From positions 7,945,836 through 8,009,835 of the forward strand of contig NC_069006.1 of the NCBI RefSeq assembly GCF_001194135.2: a stretch of 64,000 nucleotides of DNA, in the 5' to 3' direction. Both the position numbers and the translations under genes were made by a program. The DNA is from Octopus bimaculoides (lineage: Eukaryota). A model generated the notes under the pieces. The model made no database searches. It worked only from the letters and a program-made list of their open reading frames with translations, and was not told the DNA's origin. This document shows, piece after piece, positions 51,801 through 63,579 of the stretch; the stretch's first letter is position 1; the number at the start of each line of letters is the position of its first letter.

Positions 51801-51885
51801 TGTTTTTAAGGACTTCTCTCCTAAGCAACATCTTAACAGTATATACTATCCCTAAGAAACACTGAGATAATATTAGGGTTTACAA

Positions 51886-51888
<3 letters not shown>

Positions 51889-51944
<56 letters not shown>
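51889..51944 (+). repeat. 56-nt poly(A) tract
   Basis: Direct count. Confidence 0.9.
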
Positions 51945-51947
<3 letters not shown>

Positions 51948-52389
51948 CTGATTAAGCTGTTTTAAATAGTTTCCAAGTTTTGGCACAAGGCCAGCAATTT
52001 TGAGGCAGTGGGTAAATGAATTACACTGACCCTCACCACACACACACCCCACCCAGTGCACAGCTGGTGCTTATTGTATCGACCCCGAAGGAATAAAAGG
52101 CAAAGCTGAACCCGGTGGCATTTGAATTCAAAACGTAAGATTGAAAGAAATGCTGCTAGGCGTGGCTGTGTGGTAAGTAGCTTGCTTCCCAAACAAATGG
52201 TTCTCGGTTCAGTCCCAGTGCGTGGCACTTTGGACAAGTGTATTCTACTATAGCCTCAGGCTGGCCAAAAGGCAAAGTTGACCTTGGTGGAATTTGAACT
52301 CAGAACGAAATGTCGCTAAGCATTTTGTCTGGTGTGCTAATAATTCTGCTAGCTCACCACCTTAATGATGATGATGATGATGATAATTG

Positions 52390-52682
52390 AGATTGCTAAG
52401 ATGTGGCAGCTACAAGAGTTGAGCATAAAGGTTATCCCTATTGTCATCAGAGCATCAATCTGAAAAAACATCTGGAAACCTTAGAAATACCCTACAATCT
52501 AGATGTATTGCAAAAGTTGGCATTACTTGGAACTGCACCAATATTGCATAAAGTACTGTGTCTGAGGGCCTTGTTGTGACTTGACAAACAGTACAAACCC
52601 CTGGTAGACACAATATCTTCAATCAACAACCTTACGCTATTATATACTGTGAGATGTCTATAGTAATAATAATAATAATAAT
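52390..52682 (+). mobile_element. R4/Dong LINE 3' fragment with (TAA)n tail
   Basis: KHLETLEIPYNLDVLQKLALLGTAPILHKVL then 3' UTR and TAA repeats. Confidence 0.7.
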
Positions 52683-54149
52683 CATTTAATGTCTGTTTTC
52701 CATGTTGGCATGGGTTGGATGGCATGACTGGAAATTGGCAAGCCAGGAGGCTGCACCAGGCTCCAATCTGATCTGGCAATGTTTCTACGACTGGATGCCC
52801 TTCCTAATGCCAACCACTCCGAGAGTGTAGGGGGTGCTTTTTAAGTGCCACTGGCACGGGAGCCAGCCAGGCAGTACTGGCGTCAGCCATGTTTGGATGG
52901 TGTTTTTTAGGTGCCATTGGCATGGGAGCCAGTCAGGGCGGGGGATTGGGCTGGTATGGGAAGCCAGTCAGGTGGCACTGGCAACGACCCACACATGAAT
53001 GCTGCTTATTGCATGCCACCAGCATGGGAGTCAGTCAGTCAGTCAGCCACAACTACAATTTCCATTTGATTGTGATTTGAGTAATAATAATAATCCTTTC
53101 TATTATAGGCACAAGGCCTGAAATTTTAGGGGAAGGGAGTTTGTCAATTATTTCAACTCCAGTATTTGATTGGTATTTATTTTATTGACCCCCACCCCAC
53201 AAAAGGATGAAAGGCAAATTCAGCCCTGGTGAGATTTGAACCCAGAACATTTAAGTTGGAAGAAATGTTGCATTTTGTCCCGTCTGGCATGTGAAAAAAC
53301 ATTCGAGTGAGGTCATTGCCACTGCCACTGGACTGGCTCCTGTGCAGGTGGCATGTAAAAAACACCACATGAGTGTGGCCGTTGCCAGTACCGCCTAACT
53401 GGCCCTCATGCCGGTAGCATGTAAAAGCACCCACTACACTCTCGGAGTGGTTGGCATTAGGAAGGGCATCCAGCTGTAGGAACATTGCCAGATCAGACTG
53501 GAGCCTGGTGTAGCCATCTGGTTCGCCAGTCCTCAGTCAAATCGTCCAACCCATGATAGCATAGAAAGCAGACGTTAAACAATGATGATGGTGATGATGT
53601 TAATGATTCTAACAGCCTGCACCAAACTTCACTGTCTCCTTCAGCAAGGTTTTTATGGCATGATTCCCTTCCTAATGTCAACCACTTTATGAAGTGGACT
53701 GGGTGCTTTTTACCTGGTACTCGGCACCAGCGAGGTCTGATTAGTTCTAATAACTGACTTTTGGGGTTTAAGACCCAAAAGAAATGACCTCAAATTCCAA
53801 AATAATTGGAAATTTTCCTAAGTAAAGAAATCTTGATGCTTAGCAAGCAAAGCAACAAACTCCTGTCTGATTGATTTATAAACATAAATGATTTGCTACA
53901 AAAATATACTGACATATATTAAACATTATGATTGAGACATGACAGCTGTATACCCCACCCCCTGAACTTGTCCCTCTACACCTCTAATCTCTTGTCAATT
54001 AGCACAGTCATCACCACCCTCACTACTACCACTACTCCTCCTCCCCCCTGCTGAAAGAGGGGTTTTTGTCCTGCAATTTACTTGGTGACTGTCAGTGTTG
54101 GTGTCACGTAAAAACACTGTTGCTGGCATAATGTAAAAGTCACCGTTGC

Positions 54150-55005
54150 TGGTTCAACCCCGAAAGGATGAAAAGTGAAAGATGACTTTAATGGAATTTG
54201 AACTCAGAATGTTTTTACAGACAAAATACCGCTAAGCATTTCGCCTGGCATGCTAACAGTTCTGCCAGCTCGTCACCTTAATAATAATAATAATATCAAT
54301 AATAATGATTCAACTTTTGGCACAAGGCCAGCAAGTTTGGGGCAGTGAGTGAGTCAATTACATCAACCTCAGTGTGTAACTGGTACTTGTTTTATCGACC
54401 CCAGAAGGATAAAAGGCAAAGTCAACCACAGTGGATTTTGAACTCAGAACAAAGATGGGCAAAATGCTCAGCAGCATTTTGCCCGGCATGCTAACGATTC
54501 TGCCAGCTCACCACCATACTACTGCTACTACTAATAATAATAATAATGGTGATTTCAAATTTTTGCCATTAGGCAGCCTAAGGGGAGGAAGTTACATTGA
54601 CCCCAGTGCGTGACTGGTACTTATTTAATCGACCCTGAAAGGATGAAAGGCAAAGTCGACCTTGGTGGAATTTGAACTCAGAATGTAGCGGCAGACAAAA
54701 TACCACTAAGCATTTTGCCCAGTGTGCTAATGATTCTGCCAGCTTGCTGCCTTACTACTACTACTACTACTACTAAATAATAATCCTTTCTACTATAGGT
54801 ACAAGGCCCGAAATTTCGGGGGATTACATCGACCCCAGTACTCAACTGGTATTTAATTTATCGACCCCAAAAGGATGAAAGACAAAAATCAACCCTGTCA
54901 GAATTTGAACTCAGAACAAAGAGAGACAAAATGTTGCTAAGCATTTTCCCCACTGTGCTAACAATTTTGCCAGCTCACCACCCTACTACTACTACTAATA
55001 ACAAC

Positions 55006-55047
<42 letters not shown>

Positions 55048-55050
55048 TAT
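54150..55050 (-). repeat. Run of four co-oriented SINE-A copies separated by (TAA)n/(CTA)n
   Basis: Repeated aaaggatgaaaggcaaagtcgac..gaatttgaactcagaa..ctaagcattt..gccagctc blocks. Confidence 0.75.
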
Positions 55051-56754
55051 TCTTTTACTTGTTTCAGTCATTTGACTGTGGCCATGCTGGAGCACCGCCT
55101 TTAGTCAAGCAAATCAACCCCAGGATTTATTCTTTGTAAGCCTAGTACTTATTCTATCGGTCTCTATTGCCAAACTGCTAAGTGACGGGGANNNNNNNNN
55201 NNNNNNNNNNNNNNNNNNNNNNNNNNNNNNNNNNNNNNNNNNNNNNNNNNNNNNNNNNNNNNNNNNNNNNNNNNNNNNNNNNNNNNNNNNNNNNNNNNNN
55301 NNNNNNNNNNNNNNNNNNNNNNNNNNNNNNNNNNNNNNNNNNNNNNNNNNNNNNNNNNNNNNNNNNNNNNNNNNNNNNNNNNNNNNNNNNNNNNNNNNNN
55401 NNNNNNNNNNNNNNNNNNNNNNNNNNNNNNNNNNNNNNNNNNNNNNNNNNNNNNNNNNNNNNNNNNNNNNNNNNNNNNNNNNNNNNNNAGGTGTACCTGT
55501 AATTCAGAAGGGCCAGCCACATCACATTCTGTATCATGCAGAATCTCCCTGAGAACTACATTAAATGTATGCATATCTGTGGAGTACTCAGCCACTTGTA
55601 TGTTAATAAGCTGGCTGTTCTGTTGAACAAATTCAACTGGAATATACTTGTCGTTGTAACCGATGAAGTGCCAGTCTATTGAAGGCATGTGGTTTAGTGG
55701 TTNNNNNNNNNNATAATAATAATAATAATAATAATAATTCTTTAAGGTAGCGAGCTGGCAGAAACCTTAGCACTCCGGGCGAAGTGCTTAGCAGCATTTC
55801 GTCTGTTGTTATGTTCTGAGTTCAAATTCCACCGAGGTCGACTAAATAAGTACCAGTTATGCACTGGGGTCGATGTAATCGACTTAATCCCTTTGTCTGT
55901 CCTTGTTTGTCCCCTCCATATTTAGCCCCCTGTGGGCAATAAAGACATAAATAATAATAGTCATTGAAGGGGCTTTGTTTCATGCTGCTCCAGTCCACTC
56001 AGCTGCCAAAAATGAGGTGTACCTGTAATTCAGAAGGGCCAGCCACATCACATTCTGTATCATGCAGAATCTCCCTGAGAACTACATTAAATGTATGCAT
56101 ATCTGTGGAGTACTCAGCCACTTGTATGTTAATAAGCTGGCTGTTCTGTTGAACAAATTCAACTGGAATATACTTGTCGTTGTAACCGATGAAGTGCCAG
56201 TCTATTGAAGGCATGTGGTTTAGTGGTTAGAAGGCTTGGCTCACAAATGTAAGTCTGTAAGTTCAATTCCCAGCAGGGTGTTGTGTCCTTGGTCAAGACA
56301 CTTTATTTCATGTTGCTCTAGTCCACTCAGTGAGCAAAAATAAGTAGTACCAGTAATTCAAAGGGGCCAGCCTTGTCACACCGAATCTCCCCGAGGACTA
56401 TGTTAAGGGCACGTGTGTCTGTGGAGTGCTCAGCCACTTGTGTGTTATTTTCACAAACAAGCTGTTTTGTTGATCGGATCAACTAGAACCTCATTGTCAT
56501 TACCGAAGGAGTGCCAGTCACACTGAATCTCCTTGAGAACTACATTAAGGGTATACATGTATCTGTGGAGCGCTCAGCCACTTGCATGTTAATCTCACGA
56601 GCAGGCTGTTCTGTTGATCACATCAACTGGAGCTCTCACTGTCGTATCCAACAGTTTATATGCATGTATATGTATATGCATACATAGCCAAGATGGGCTT
56701 CTTTCAGTTTCCACCTACAAAATCCTCTCACAAAGCTTCGTAAATGCGATCATT

Positions 56755-57625
56755 CACAAGGTCATCAAGAGACGAATGGTCCAATTAAATCCTTTTGATG
56801 ATAATCCACACCATACTGTAATTCTTGGTAAATTAACATGATGTTCCTCCATAATATGCATACCCTTAGGTCCCCATTGGGGTGGTTGAACCATTTGATT
56901 AAACTGTAACGTCATCACCTCAAATAATCTTTGTCAGAAAGTGTGCATTTTCTGAACATCTTGCCAAACTCCACTCTTTGATCTGGATTATCTTCTTTAA
57001 GAGGTTGGATTATTCTTGGAATACGACTTTTCCAATGACAGAACTTCAAAATGCAAACTGATGCACGCCTTTGAAATTCCTATCTCGTGGCATTCTTGAA
57101 GAATACAGATTTTCTTAAACTCTGGCAGTATGCTTCTAGTGCCCTTTTTTTGCTTTGTGGGGCTCTTCCATATCCATGGTCTTACAGAATATTTCTTGTA
57201 GACATCCTAAACAGTTCTATCTTCTTCAAACCAGTGGAGTTGGAGTCAGTAAAACTATACCGACTCTTGACTCTGACTCACAATGTCTTTATTCTTTAAT
57301 AGAATCCAGTTATAACATATAGGCCGACTCAAAGTACAAGCATATGCTATATGAGATATGTAGACCACAATCACTTAATTACATAAAGAGGAGTCATAGT
57401 CGGAGTCAGAGGTGCCAATAGTATAGGAGTCAGAGTCGATGCTTTTTGTTTTGACTCCACAGTCCTGCTTTAAACTCATCTCTAATTTGGATGATACTGA
57501 GTCATGTAGGTGGATCTGTTTAAAACTCCCTCCTAAACCCTCTTCTTTGCATTTTTAAACTTCCAGTAGCACTTTAGGACACATTTCTCTTGCACAAGAC
57601 TTAGTCTGGCTCCCTTCATTATTTT
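56755..57625 (-). mobile_element. Decayed maT/DD37D-like transposase N-terminal half
   Basis: MKGARLSLVQEKCVLKCYWKFKNA..FxTDPPT..IRDEF; IPRIIQPLKEDNPDQRVEF; [22 protein letters not shown]; interrupted by a hAT MITE. Confidence 0.7.
57232..57467. mobile_element. hAT-type MITE with internal GGAGTC/GACTCC repeats
   Basis: Ends cag..ctg; near-perfect 8-bp TSD cttcaaac / ctttaaac. Confidence 0.65.
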
Positions 57626-58137
57626 TAACGAGTTAAATCTAAAGAAGAAGAAAAAAAAAATGAAAATTGAGTTCTCAGATGTTGAAGTGCATATGTTCTT
57701 TTGGGACCCCTTTTTTTACTCTTTTACTTGTTTCAGTCATTTGACTGTGGTCATGCTGGAGCACCACCTTTAGTCGAGCAAATCAACCCCAGGACTTATT
57801 CTTTGTAAGCCTAGTACTTATTCCATCAGTCTCTCTTGCCGAACCATTAAGTTATGGGACGTAAACACACCAGCATCAGTTGTCAAGCGATGTTGGGGAG
57901 ACAAACACAGACACATACATATATACACACACACACATACATACATATATGACAGGCTTCTTTCAGTTTCCGTCTACCAAATCCATTCACAAGGCTTTGG
58001 TTGGCCCGAAGCTATAGTAGAAGACACTTGCCCAAGGTGCCATGCAGTGGGACTGAACCCGGAACCATGTGGTTGGTAAACAAGCTACTTACCACACAGC
58101 CACTCCTACGCATCTGTATACATATACATATATATAT

Positions 58138-58549
58138 GAGTAACAAAGATGTGTAGGTGTCAATTCATTACGGCCGTTTCAAGAGACTCCTTTAATTGAT
58201 TGATGAAAACCTTACATCAATTTAAAGAAACCGTTCTCGTCAGAGACTTCAAACATAAAGGATACAGTCATTTCCTTAACATATTCACATCAATAATGAA
58301 AATATCATGAGTTCCATTATCAATGTGAATCCATTCTGCCACAGATATATCATAAGAAACAATGTACATATTATGAGTTCCATTATTAATGTGAATAAGT
58401 TAAGGAAATGGCTGTCCTTTATGTCTGAAGTCTATGCGGTCATCCGACGAGAACGGTTTCTTTCAAGTGATTTATTGTTTTCATTAATCAATTAAAGGAG
58501 TTGATTGAAACGGCCGAAATGAATTGACACCTGTACATCTTTGTTACTC
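58138..58549. mobile_element. 412-bp foldback element with long degenerate arms
   Basis: gagtaacaaagatgt..gtgtcaattcatt.cggccgtttcaa / ttgaaacggccg.aatgaattgacac..acatctttgttactc; gaaaccgttctcgtc / gacgagaacggtttc. Confidence 0.8.
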
Positions 58550-58729
58550 ATTCATATTCTATTCACCCAACTTGGAATCTGCACTTCATAAATACTATAG
58601 AAGGTACCATTACAAAAGGTACATGTCTGAATTACCAAGTGTGGATATCTTCACTTGGCTGGGTTGTGTTGTCTGCACACATGGCAGAAATATCAAGTAC
58701 AAACACTCCTACACGGAGTCTTGACATTC

Positions 58730-59990
58730 ATCATCATCGTTTAACGTCCGCTTTCCATGCTAGCATGGGTTGGACGATTTGACTGAGGACTGGTGAACCA
58801 GATGGCTACACCAGGCTCCAATCTGATTTGGTAGAGTTTCTACAGCTGGATGCCCTTCCTAATGCCAACCACTCCGAGAGTGTAGTGGGTGCTTTTACAT
58901 GCCACCGGCACGAAGGCCAGTCAGGTGGTACTGGCAACGGCCACGCTCAAAATGGTGTATTTTACGTGCCACCTGCACAAGAGCCAGTCCAGGGGCACTG
59001 GCAACGATCTCACTCGAAAGTCTTTACACGTGCCATGGGCACAAGTGCCAGAAAGGTGACGCTGGGCACAGGTGCCATCACGATTTCGCTTTCACTTGCC
59101 CCAACAGGTCTTCGCAAGCCGAGTTTTGTGTCCATTTAGTTCGATTTCGATTTCACTTGCCTCAACAGGTCTTCGCAAGTGGAGTTTAGTGTCCAATGAA
59201 GGAAAGGTACACNNNNNNNNNNNNNNNNNNNNNNNNNNNNNNNNNNNNNNNNNNNNNNNNNNNNNNNNNNNNNNNNNNNNNNNNNNNNNNNNNNNNNNNN
59301 NNNNNNNNNNNNNNNNNNNNNNNNNNNNNNNNNNNNNNNNNNNNNNNNNNNNNNNNNNNNNNNNNNNNNNNNNNNNNNNNNNNNNNNNNNNNNNNNNNNN
59401 NNNNNNNNNNNNNNNNNNNNNNNNNNNNNNNNNNNNNNNNNNNNNNNNNNNNNNNNNNNNNNNNNNNNNNNNNNNNNNNNNNNNCCCTCAACTGCTAAGG
59501 CATGGCACGTTTTCACACAGCTATCCTATCCATTCTCACTACATGACCATACCAGCGCAATCGTCTCTCTTGCACACCACAACTGATGCTTCGTAAGTTC
59601 AACTTTTCTCTCAAGGTACTAATACTCTGTCTAGTATGCACACTGACATTACACATCCATTGGAGCATACTGGCTTCATTCCTTGCGAGCCTACGCATGT
59701 CCTCAGCAGTCACAGCCCATGTTTCACTGCCATGTAGCATGGCTGTTCGTACACATGCGTCATACAGTCTGCTTTTTACTCTGAGAGACCCTTTGTCACC
59801 AGCAGAGGTAGGAGCTCTCTGAACTTTGCCCTGGCTATTCTTATTCTTGCAGCTACACTTTCAGCGCACCCTCCCCCACTACTAACTTGGTCACCTAGAT
59901 ATCGGAAGCTATCAACTATGTCTAGTTTTTCTCCCTGGAATGTGGCAGAAGTTGTTTTCTGCACATTTACAGTGTTTATAGCTCCTGATA
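58730..59990 (-). mobile_element. RTE-clade LINE fragment: RT C-terminus, gap, 3' UTR with (GAT)n tail
   Basis: GEKLDIVDSFRYLGDQVSSGGG..ARIRIARAKFRELLPLL; MLHGSETWAVT..RRLRWYGHVVRMD; 3' UTR ends catggaaagcggacgttaaacgatgatgatg. Confidence 0.85.
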
Positions 59991-60420
59991 TATATAGATA
60001 GACAGATACACACACATAAATATACATGACAGGCTTCTTTTTAGTTTCCTGTTACCAGATCCACTCACAAGCTAACTTCTTACAGCACAGCCACATATGT
60101 GCATATATATTGATCATCATCATTATCATGTAACGTCCGTATTCCACGCTGGCATGGGTTTGGAGGGTTTAACAGCTCACGAGGCAGAAGACTGCACCAG
60201 GCTTCACCGTCTGTTTTGGCAGGGTTTTTTACAGCTGGATGCCTCTCCAAACACTAACCACCTTACGGAGTGGGCCGAGTGGTTTCTACGTGGCACGAAC
60301 ACAACACACATTAAATTCCTGATGAGTTAACAGTGTACTATAGAACATATCTATAGATTTATTAATCAACAGTATTGTATGAACAACTTAATACAAGATG
60401 CGTGGGCATTAACATGGGAA

Positions 60421-60470
60421 ACAGCTGTATCCATTTTTCGACTTGTTCTGGAGTCTTCGTCAGCAGCTGT
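60421..60470 (-). ncRNA. Hammerhead-ribozyme-like motif (type I topology, Penelope-associated style), imperfect stem III
   Basis: Minus strand: ACAGCUG-CUGACGA-A-GACU(ccagaaca)AGUC-GAAA-aauggAUA-CAGCUGU; 7-bp stem I, 4-bp stem II, NUH=AUA. Confidence 0.45.
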
Positions 60471-60549
60471 GTACTATCTTTAACTATCCAGAAACACAAT
60501 GCTTATAAACCTACAAAGAAACAGGATCCCTAAATGTTCATATGTAACA

Positions 60550-62097
60550 TTTTCGTGACAGCGAAATCGATCATTAATTGTTTCGTTTCGTTGCTGTAAA
60601 GCACAATCATATATATATATATATAGAGAGAGAGAGAGGGGGGAACAGGATGGTAAACTGTATTGTGGAATATTCAGTTAAATTTGATTAAACCATATTT
60701 TTTTCATCGCCAGTAATTACCGCAATAAAAAGACCACTAAAACTCTCAATGCCGAAACTGTCAGTCACCGAGTCACACCTATTATGTATGAACATATTTT
60801 AGTGTAACGTGAAGAAGTTTAGAAGTTTAAGAGTGGACCAGACAAGTCTGTCGAGCGTCGATAAAAGTTCCAGCTGCGAATAAATAAATAAATAAAGGGA
60901 TTATGATAATGTAAATTATTGAGAATCCAAACGCGTATTCCAAACGCTTTTGTCCTGTTTTTGAACTCATCATAAAAGGAAATATAAATAGATAAATAAA
61001 CCGAAACATACAGAATCAGATAGAATAGAGTCGCGTTTTTCAATACAGGTTTAAAAATAAAAGCTGTTCTCGGAAAGGAAGTAAATTTAAAAACACTTCA
61101 CCCTAGAAACACAAATCCATCAAAGGAAAAGGACGATGTTATGAAAACGATAAAGACTTGACTTGCTAGTTTTAAATAAAGATTTGTCACTATTTGATTT
61201 TCACTTAACCAACCATAGCCTCCAACGTTCCAGTAGTAATAATGATAATGATTTCAATAATAATAATAACATTGTTAAAAGAAACTTTTTTTAATAGTGT
61301 TTAGTGTGGTATGTGCTGTAAGGCAAAGTGTTTTTGTTCTGTTTAGTTTTCTAATTATTTGTTGTTTCCAAACAACAAAATAAAAAATGGTTACAGATAT
61401 GTCACCGGAACTCGAATAGAATTAGTTGCCTATTTTTTTTTTTTTTTTNNNNNNNNNNNNNNNNNNNNNNNNNNNNNNNNNNNNNNNNNNNNNNNNNNNN
61501 NNNNNNNNNNNNNNNNNNNNNNNNNNNNNNNNNNNNNNNNNNNNNNNNNNNNNNNNNNNNNNNNNNNNNNNNNNNNNNNNNNNNNNNNNNNNNNNNNNNN
61601 NNNNNNNNNNNNNNNNNNNNNNNNNNNNNNNNNNNNNNNNNNNNNNNNNNNNNNNNNNNNNNNNNNNNNNNNNNNNNNNNNNNNNNNNNNNNNNNNNNNN
61701 NNNNNNNNNNNNNNNNNNNNNNNNNNNNNNNNNNNNNNNNNNNNNNATATATATGAAATACACATTGGCACTTATTTGACTTTTCGGCCATCAATAAGTT
61801 GGAAAACATCGTACGGCCGCGTCACTCGGGCATAGCTCTCCAAATCCTAATTCGAGGTCATCTCTGTCCCCACCAAATGGGAGATGCCGACTCACTCCAT
61901 TTCTTCCGATGGAGATTTGCGTTGGTCCCTAAACGCCATTGTCCAGAAAATCACGATTTGCCGAGACTCCTAAATGACAGGTGGTGGAGAAAGATATAAG
62001 CGGTGTATGTGCCCAAGCATGGCCACAACCTATAGGCTAATACACGTAAAACACACACACACATATATATATTGTTGAGTATATATACTGATATGGC

Positions 62098-62128
<31 letters not shown>

Positions 62129-62151
62129 CACACACATATATACATATATAT

Positions 62152-62190
<39 letters not shown>

Positions 62191-63169
62191 GAAGACAAGC
62201 AAATTCACATATAAGTACGGTTTAACACTCAACCCACACATTATATAGATACACACACGAGTGTGTATATATATATATATATGTATGTATATACATATAT
62301 ACACACACGTGTGTGTGTGTATATATATATATATACAGGTAATATATACATATTATATGTTCCGAATCTACACACATATGTGTATTTATATATATCTTAA
62401 ATCTTACTTGAAATCTTTGGTTTTGGAGAATAAATCGCGTACAAAGTCTTCCATACGTTGTCTTTCCTCATCCACCTCCATATTTTCTCCTCCACATGCT
62501 ACAACAACAATAACAATCACAAGAACCACAACATTACAAACTTAACACGCCTTCGTTGCACAGGAGAGTTCCATAAGGGCCATAAAAGTTCCAAGGGAGA
62601 TCACTCTAACGCGCTGGTTCTACTCCCACTCTCTCTGTTTCTTCACCTCCTCCTTCTCTCTGACACCGCTTTTCTTTATGAATTAACTTTGTATTATATT
62701 TAAATAAACTAATTTAATTCTAAGAGCTAAGCCTACATCATATACACACACATATATATATACTTATATATATAAGTATATATATATATGTATAGTGTCG
62801 GAACTTTTTTAATTATTATATATGCTTGTAAGATAGTTTTAACAAAGCCAGGCTAAACACATGAACTGAGCCAAAGAAAAAAACAAAAGAACCCTCTTTC
62901 ACAAAACTGACCCCCGCCACCACCATCGATTGTCTCTGGCCTCCACCGTCAGTCCCTTAACTCTGGCCAGAGGGGCAGAGAAGGGAGAGAGGAAGAGAGA
63001 TGACCAGCAACGAAGGAAGAGATAGAAACTTTAGGAATTATTTGTGATGTTTCTTATTTTCCCACACAGCGGAATAAGGTTTGTTTTCGAAGATGTTTAT
63101 AAAATACAAATGAATTTGTTATTGTTTTTCTTTTCCAAATATTTACTGTATCGTGTAGACATCGCGCAC

Positions 63170-63213
<44 letters not shown>

Positions 63214-63542
63214 ATTTGATATGAGACTGTGTTGAAAGTCAAGCAATTACAGCGCGGAAGACACGTAAGATATTTAAAAAGCATCGTGCTAAAAAGGAAC
63301 TTCATTTAAACGTTTATTATTAAGTGAAGTTAACAGTCTTGGAGTGTGGTTTTTAAATATCAAATCTGTGTCTTCCACGCTATAATTGTGCGTGTGTGTT
63401 GTGAATGGATTAGTTGTCCATGAGTCAGAAAAAAAAAAGAGCTTCCGAGGAATCGTCGCTGTTGCCAAGTGCAATAGTTGGCGCGGAACTATCGGTAACA
63501 TTCTAACCCGGTATATGACTTAACCAAGAATATACTGCTCGA

Positions 63543-63560
<18 letters not shown>
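60550..63560 (-). promoter_or_regulatory. CpG-retaining unique sequence around the 5' end of the HIRIP3-like gene (probable promoter / 5' UTR exon region)
   Basis: Visibly more CG dinucleotides in non-repeat DNA (61800-62000, 63150-63500) than in the gene body; surrounds the first coding exon; TSS not located. Confidence 0.4.
62408..62481 (-). CDS. HIRIP3: HIRIP3-like gene, first coding exon (MEVDEERQRMEDFVRDLFSKTKDF+AA)
   Basis: ATG in aatATGG context; donor AA|gtaagat at 62407, phase 2, joins exon 35704 to give F-N-L-L-T; upstream acceptor ttgttgtag at 62499; peptide resembles the HIRIP3 N-terminus as I recall it (MQEFTRSFF..). Confidence 0.75.

Positions 63561-63579
<19 letters not shown>

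Noticed and set aside
55489-55702. About 210-bp exact duplicate of about 56024-56225
   Set aside because: 100% identical and bounded by gaps on both sides; most likely a misplaced contig rather than a real duplication
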